From Diplonema japonicum (lineage: Eukaryota; Protista; Euglenozoa: Diplonemea): a stretch of 64,000 nucleotides of DNA. Below the pieces are notes generated by a model that was not told the DNA's origin, did not search any database, and saw only the letters and a program-made list of their open reading frames with translations. Positions 57,051 to 64,000 of this stretch are shown piece after piece. The stretch is taken from NCBI GenBank assembly GCA_964019335.1, contig OZ025759.1, forward strand, positions 62,001 through 126,000, written 5' to 3'. The position numbers and the translations under genes were made by a program. How positions within the stretch are numbered: the stretch's first letter is position 1; every line of letters begins with the position of its first letter.

Positions 57051-58726
57051 ATGACCGATGTGACAGAGTCGGAAGGACTGCTCGACGAGGACGAGGTACT
57101 GGTGAGTGCAGAGAGCGTCCCTAAAATAGACAGTCAACTGGAAGTAATCGATTTGGAGCGGGATGGGTTGGTGAAGGAAGAAGTTGTGGAGCGAGACAGG
57201 GGCCCCTGCGTGGTGGAGCAGGGGAAGATCAACTTCCATGTGACAACAGCGCGGCGGATGGCAGGGGAAGGGCTGTCGTACTGGGTGTACCAGATAGTGG
57301 TGCAGACCAAGCTGAGCATGTATGCTGGCCAGCCGCATTTCACATCACAACGGAGCGACGGGTACTTTGAAGTCGATGGCGTGACGGAGATCCAGTGCGA
57401 GAAGAGGTACAGCGACATCGAATGGCTCTACACCGCCCTTAGGTCTACCCAACAAGGCGCACCTGTTCCCCCTATCCCCGATAAAGATGCTTCAGGCACT
57501 GTGGATAAGGTGCTGGAGTACCTCCACCATGACGAAAAGAGCCAAGACGACCCTTTGAAGCAACCGCTGGTGACTGAGCGTATACGGAGCATTGAGTGGT
57601 TTTTCAGGTACTTGGGATGCAGTCCTTTCTACGCGACGAGCGATGTCTTGAGGAACTTCCTCCTCCGCGGGCCGACAGAGCTTGCAGAGTACCGGAACGA
57701 GTTCGCAACGGTGGCGAACAGCAGGCAGTACAAAGTCCCCGCACCGTCCAACATCAGCAACATAAGCGGGTGGGTGAAGGGTTTGTTCAATGGGGCACCG
57801 CCTTCGAGAATGCCGGTCAGCATACAGAAGAAGAAAGCTGTGTGTCAGAATCTATTAAAAGTGTTGGCCGACATGGTGAAAGAAGCGGAGGCGGTGATCA
57901 CGACAGAGGCCGCCATGCGAAAGGCAACGACGGCAGTATTGTCAAAGCAACAATTCGTATACACGCAGAATTCAGAGCCGCTGACAAAGCTCTCCACGCA
58001 GATCGGCTGCCGTGTGGTAGATGCTGATGGTTTGAAGGGTGAAGTCAAATGGGCGGGGACGCTTTCGAAGGCACCCAAACCTGATATGGTATATGTTGGG
58101 ATCGAGTGGGATGAGCCATCGTCAGCACGAGGTGACGGAACAATCTTTGGAGAGCAGAAATTTGTGTGCGAGCAAGGGAAGGGTTCCTTCACACCACCCG
58201 ACGTGCTTTTCGTCGAACCTACGGAAGAACAAGACCCTCTCATGGCTGCATTGGCCCAGACAGCTCGGCAGATAGAAATCTCTCTTTCTTCAGATGATGG
58301 ACGTGAAGGTACAGAGATGCAAACAGTTAAAGCTTGCGTTAAGTTCTTCCATGGTTTGGTGCAGTCCTTTCTCACGGTGATCGCCTTTATGGAGGCCTTG
58401 CAGAGCACAGCGATGACATTTGAAATGCAAGGCGCGGCAGACGGGAGGTATATATGGCAACCTTTAATCTAATATCAATCCACAACAGGCACGCGGAGCT
58501 CAGCCGCACCCGCGATCTGATCACCCTGTCAGAAATGCAGTTCACCAAGGAGTGGGGTCATTTCCGTGTCTTCTGGTTGGCTTCACTTAAAAAGACGCTT
58601 GTCACTTATCTCACGGTATTCGACCCTTCGCCCCATCCCTTCCACACCTCCCTCTCCCATTGGGTGGCTGCAGTCGCCGAGATCGACAGCAAAGAAGGCT
58701 TGGGCCCTGATTTATGCCCAGCTTGA
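57051..58726 (+). CDS. Sorting-nexin-like PX protein with inserted CAP-Gly domain; intron 58448-58488
   Basis: PX motifs KRYSDIEWL, PPIPDKD and ERIRSIEWF; CAP-Gly GEVKWAG...YVGIEWD...RGDGT...KFVC...GSF; helical BAR-like remainder. Confidence 0.85.
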
Positions 58727-58922
58727 ATAAGTCTTTTTTATAAAAAATTGTCTCCCCTATCCCCATTTTTATTGGTGCTGTACTATATTTAACAGAGAGA
58801 GTGTTGCAAGGAGAAGGGAGGGGGGGGGGGGGGGGGGAGGGGATTTCTTTTAAGAATGGGAGGTGTGGGAGGAGAGGGATGCATTAGCTACGTTTACTTT
58901 CCCTTTTTTTTTTTTTTATTTA

Positions 58923-59283
58923 CTGTAAAACAAAAAATCACCGGAAGAAAAATTGTCCGGAAGCTCTGGCGGTCCGAATTACGTACTTTTCCAGATCCTG
59001 ATTGTTCGCTTCTACCACAAGCTTGTTGAACCGAACCACTGTGCTTGCTTTAGGGTTGTTCTTATGCTTTGCGGGTGCGCACTGCCAAGACTGCGAAGGC
59101 AGCTGAAATGATTGTAAGTTAAGCAGCAAACAAGACGGCTAGACGTGCGGACAGGTGGCCCTTTCCTCGCCCTGAAGATATTCCCACTTGCAATATCATT
59201 TCAGTCACCTGAAGAGGTCATCTGGACACCGGATGTTTCGGCGGTCCGGATATTTTATCTTCCGGTGGATTTTTGTTTTACAG
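58923..59283. mobile_element. MITE with ~35-bp TIRs and TA target duplication (Tc1/mariner-like)
   Basis: Ends read TA|CTGTAAAACAAAAAATCACCGGAAGAAAAAT ... ATTTTATCTTCCGGTGGATTTTTGTTTTACAG|TA. Confidence 0.85.
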
Positions 59284-59677
59284 TATTTTCTTTTTTTTGG
59301 CGGGCCGTTGCTAACCACTTCGTTCCTATCATAGTGAATTTTTTTTTTCTTCAGTGGGTCGTTTTTTGCTAACACGTTCTCCCACCCGTCGTCGTGAAAA
59401 TCCTTTTTTTTTTCTTGCTGATTTTTTATCCCCCCCCCTCAAAAGAGACAATTTGTGTAGACTGTGGCTGTGAATAAAAAGAAGGGACCTCCTAAGCTAA
59501 AGATTACAACCCCCTCCCCTTCTATTAAAAAAAAAAGAGAAACTGTGCACCTTTCTTTTTTTTTTTTTTTTTTTTTTTTAGAAACGTTAAGTTTGTGCTC
59601 CCCCCCCCCCCCCCCCCCCTCCCCCCCACCACGCATCCAGCAGTATCTAAGAAAAAAAAAAAAAAAGAGGAACAAAA

Positions 59678-61721
59678 ATGAGGTACCAGAGCGGTAACCA
59701 CCCGTACGTCATGGGTTTTGTGATCGGGGTGGTAGTGATGTTGATGTTCAGCAAGCGGTCGGGCGGTCAGGAGGAAGTACAAGTCGGGCAGGTTGGCGAG
59801 AAGCCTTTACACACAAAGCTGTCCGAGCTCCGCGACTGGAACAGGGAAGGCATCCTGGTGAGGAGGAATGCCATCCCACCTGAGAAGCTGACTCTCCTGA
59901 AAAGGTACCTACAAGAGATGCACGAGGTCCCCCCCACAAAGGGCGGCCTGTGGAAGTACTTCGAGGCGGACGCGACAAACTCCTCCAACAGAATCCTGAA
60001 CAGGATTGAAAAATTCACCACATACCACAAAGGCATGAAAGCGCTTGTGGAGGAGCCTTGGATCAAAGGAGTCGTGTCCGATCTCCTTGGTGGTGAGGTC
60101 GCTCTGTTCAAGGAAAAGGTGAACTACAAGCTCCCCGGAGGTGGCGGTTTTGAACCCCACCAGGACATGCAACCAGGCTGGACGAAATACGCTCCCCAGA
60201 TGGTGTCTGTCCTGCTCACCGCGGATGATAACACGATTGTATGATGAGGGGGTTGTAAAAAAAAATATATATATATATATATGTCCGGAAAAAAATGTCG
60301 ACAAATGACCCTCTTTTGCAACGGAAAATCCTCGGAAGATTTCTAAGTACAAAAGTAGTCCGACACCACTTTGTGTGCAGAATTGCAGTCTAAGTGTGTT
60401 CACCATATAGGTCACAATGCACGCCGTTTGTTTCATTTCTAAAACGCGCGTGCAAAAACATGCTTTTTAGAATGGTTTTTTTTTAGTTTTTGGCATCCGG
60501 AAATTGTAAATGACCCAGGCACCATATTCCTTTTTTGTTTTCTTCATTAGAAAGCGAGAAGAAATGGACGCAGATGGGAAATCTGTGAAACTTAAGGGGT
60601 CATTTTGGGTGGTTTGGGCTCTTTATCACTATTAAAATGGGGTGGGGAAAATACTGCCATTTTGGCCTATTTTGGGCTACAATGCCCATTTTAGGCTAAA
60701 ATCCCTTAAGGGCCCTTTAAAAGCAAACTTCTCAATTTTTAATTTGTCATGAGTAAGAAAAAAAATGACAAACCTCAGCAGATGGGTAGAGAATGCATGT
60801 ATGGCCCCAAAGATACCGATGTTGAGCAGACAAGTGTTAAGAATTGGGTTTTCAGGAAAATGGGCCTTTTAGGCCAATTCCCTTAGGAACCCCTCGAAAA
60901 AGCAAAAAATAGGGCTAAAAAAACCGGTTTTTTGGGGGCTATGCAACGCCATATATTTTTCGCTAAGTACTTTTAACAGTAACCCGACCCTGGGTTGTTC
61001 CCAGGGGTCACAAAGGTGTGTGTTCACCACTTTTATGCACCCTAGGTGCTGCATTTCAAGCTTTTAAACTGCATTTTAAACATTTTTCGTCGTTTTTCTG
61101 ACCTCTGTTTTTCGCTTCCCGGGGGCAGCCGGTTGCAAAGCCTGCCACCCTCATGGCAAAACAAGCATCGCAATTGAAAGAACGGCGTCATGTACACCAT
61201 ATATGTCATCTTCCTATGGTTGCATGCTGCCCTTTTTTTTGCTCAAATAATCAAAACAAGAAATTTTCGGAAAAAAGTGTTGACATTTTTTTTCGGACAA
61301 GCTCATATATATTTATATATATATAGGAAAACGGGTGTCTTGAAGTTGTGAAGGGGGCACATGCGAGGACTGGGGGGTTGATAGGGCGTATGCATGTACC
61401 TTTGAACGAAACGGAGACCATGGGGCTCAAGTGGGAGTACCTCGAGGCACACCCTGGGGACATCGTGTTTTTCGATGCCTGGGCACCTCACAAGAGCGCG
61501 CCAAACAAGGGAACTGCCGCCAGGAGGAACACGTATCTGACCTTCAACCTCAAGGTGTGGTTTCGGGGGGGGAGGAAAAAGAAGGGGAAAAAAAAAGGAA
61601 AAAAAAAAAAAAAAAAAAGGCGTATGGCGATCACCGAGAGGCCTACTACGCTGACAAGCACAGGTCTCTCCCTCCTGATGCCGACAGGATCCCAGGTGTT
61701 GACTACAGCTACAAGGTTTAG
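59678..61721 (+). CDS. PhyH-family Fe(II)/2OG dioxygenase (PhnY-like) with N-terminal TM helix; introns 60239-61326, 61555-61619
   Basis: LFKEKVNYKLPGGGGFEPHQD, NTI|ENGCLEVV, PGDIVFFDAWAPHKS...RR, and C-terminal GDHREAYYADK..PPD. Confidence 0.88.
60282..61304. mobile_element. ~1 kb non-autonomous TIR element inside a (TA)n tract in the dioxygenase intron
   Basis: TGTCCGGAAAAAAATGTCGACA (60282) is the imperfect inverse of TGTTGACATTTTTTTTCGGACA (61278-61299). (TA)n on both sides; no ORF. Confidence 0.75.
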
Positions 61722-63030
61722 ATTTATTTTTATTTTATTTTTTTTTAATCAGCTTTTTTTTTTTTTTTTTTTTTTTTTTCTCGCTTTACTCAATTGATCA
61801 AAATACAATACCATTTTTTTTATTTCCCCCCCCCGTCCTGAAACAAAAAAACAAAAAAAAAAAGATGCATCTTATTCTATCTTCTTTTCCTTACCCCCCC
61901 CCCCCCTTCCCCTACCCTGCTACGCCTTCTTTTTTTTTATTTCAAAACAAAAAAAAAGAGGGGGGAAAAAAAAGAGGTGTTGGAGGTGTTGAAGGGGATT
62001 ATCCTCTTGGGAAAAAAGAATTTTTTTTTCCCCTTCTTTCTGTGGTTCCCCCAGAAAAAAAAAAAAGAAAAAAAAAGAAAAAAAAAAAAAAAAACTCCTA
62101 ACTGTGTCATGATTTATTGGTGTAACTTCCATGTTGTTCAAGCCCACTCTATCAGATTTCCTTTTTTTTTTTTTTTTTTTTTTGGGACCAGCAAGCTAAC
62201 TTTTTAACCCACAAAAGAAGAATCAGCATGCACCCCACCCCACCCCCCAGATTAAGAAGCTCCGAAAAGAGAGAAAAAGAAACTTAGCGTCCTGTGCCCA
62301 ATGAAGGGAGGGGGCTGCTTTTCCTGCAAGGGAAAAAAAAGTTAACAAGAGAAACTCCCTCTTCCCCCCTTTTTTTTTCACCCATCCCCGTCTTTAATTT
62401 TGCTCGCGTGGAAGAGTGAGAGAAAAAAAAAAGAAGAATAATAATAATAAAAAAAAAAAGAGCAAAAGGCAACTTGGTGCGTCAAGTGTGACAATTCGAG
62501 AAAAAAAAAAGAAGAAAAAAAAGAGGAGAGGAATTCCAGAGAATCAAGGGACCGTGGGCACATGTAAGCAACCCCTACCAGCCACAGCAATACTTTTCCC
62601 TTTTTTCTTTCTCTTCATTTCTTTTTTTGCTCCCCTGCCCCTGTCCCTCCCTTTTTATATTCCCGCAACTTACATATTGCCTTAGGTCTTTTCTGCGTTA
62701 CAACACGCAAGAGAGGACGGGACACCAAAAGAAAAAAGAAGAAGAAAAAAGGAGGGGGGAAGACAAGGGGGGCGAAGAAGAAGAAGAAAGAAGAAACTGA
62801 AAGTGTGTAGCTGGCTTGGTGTGGGGAAGTTTTTTTTTTATGTGACCCCCACCTCCAATCACTTGCCCTCACCCCCTCCCCCCCCTTTTTTTTTCTTCCT
62901 CTTTGGTTTTTTTTTCTTTTTTTTTCTTTTTTGCACTGTGTGAATTTTTTTCATACCTGTGTGTTTTATGCGCACTCTTTGCAGTGTGTGTTTTTTTTTT
63001 CTTTGCCTTTCTATGCCAAATGTATTGTTG

Positions 63031-64000
63031 GATGCGTGGGCGATGCTCTTCAACGCCATCGAGGTGACAGGGAAGTGGCCGAAGGCACTCCTGACGGCGT
63101 TGGTTACGCTGATCCCGAAGGGAGGCGAGAGGACTCCGCTCAACCACCGCCCCATCACAGTCACGAGTGCGGTCTACAGACTGTGGGCCTGTGCCAGGTT
63201 GCGTGATATATCGCCATGGCAAGAGAAATGGGCGGACGACTCGCAGCATGGTTTTCGACCACGTCACGGGACGGACAGCATCCTGATGGAGCTCAGCACG
63301 CAGCTGGAGACGGCGATGCTGACCAACACCCCTCTTAACGGCATAGCACTGGACTTCGTCAAGTGCTTCGACAGGGTGCCACAGAAAGTAGCGTTCGGGC
63401 TTATGCAAGACCTGGGTTTGCACCAGAGGATACTGACCCCGCTCAAAGCGATGTACGCAGGCCTCAAAAGACGTTTCCGCTTCCCTACTGGCGTGGGTTC
63501 CGAGTTCCACGTGACAAATGGAATTCTCCAAGGGTGTCCAATCTCCGTCATCCTGGTGAACGCTCTGGTGTCAGTGATGGTGAAGTGCGTGATTGCTGAG
63601 GTACCTGGCTCGCGATCGCTGTCGTACGCGGACGACGCGTACCTACTTGCGCGTTTGGTCGAGGTACTCAAGAGAGCGACCAACAAAACAATCGAGTTTT
63701 GCGAGCGGACAGGCATGCGCCTTAACGAAAACAAGTCACAAGCATTCTCGACGAAGGATGAGATCGGCCCTTGGTTGAAGTGCACAGGCTCATCGTTCAG
63801 AGTGACGAAGGGGATCAAGGCGCTTGGCGTGATCCTGAACATGAACGGGAAACATAGTTTGGACAAGCTACATTCCGCCGAAGGCCGTTTGTCCCGGCTT
63901 GGTGCATTGCCATTAAGCTTCGGGAACAAGGCGTCAATGCTGACGGGCACTGTGCTACCATCCTGTCTATACGGTACGACCTACGCTGCGCCGTCTGACA
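63031..64000 (+). mobile_element. 5'-truncated non-LTR retrotransposon RT fragment (related subfamily), runs off window
   Basis: Open frame DAWAMLFNAIEVTGKWP...LIPKG...HRPITVTS...QHGFRP...LDFVKCFD...QGCPIS...YADD, colinear with the RT at 50990-51990. Confidence 0.9.

Noticed and set aside
6897-58408. Numerous minus-strand ORFs overlapping genes
   Set aside because: Antisense shadows of GC-balanced + strand CDSs, with no motifs.
3172-61619. Possible non-canonical introns or stop-codon reassignment
   Set aside because: Every break in a host gene is resolved by a GT-AG intron under the standard code.

Overview
Gene-dense eukaryotic genomic DNA, most likely a euglenozoan protist and probably a diplonemid. 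This taxon is inferred from gene organisation and the myosin type, not proven. About 25 protein genes and a tRNA-Glu(CTC) all lie on the + strand, separated by homopolymer-rich spacers, which fits polycistronic transcription with SL trans-splicing. Genes carry very short (mostly 34-65 nt) GT-AG introns whose 3' ends are often A/C-rich rather than U-rich. Recognisable genes: eIF4G, a giant EGF/multi-TM receptor, SF3B2, myosin, an FHA-PPP phosphatase, Sec14-GOLD, TRIM, Utp25, an LRR dual-specificity phosphatase, a PX/CAP-Gly sorting nexin, a PhnY-like dioxygenase and a protein of four degenerate phytochelatin-synthase-like domains. Mobile DNA: a ~6 kb APE-RT non-LTR retrotransposon whose ORF1/ORF2 junction has an in-frame TGA followed by a 2A-like GIEPHPGP motif, a second related RT fragment, two TIR MITEs (one inside an intron) and a tyrosine-recombinase remnant. 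The tRNA gene sits inside the last SF3B2 intron. All domain calls come from motif recognition by eye; no searches were run.
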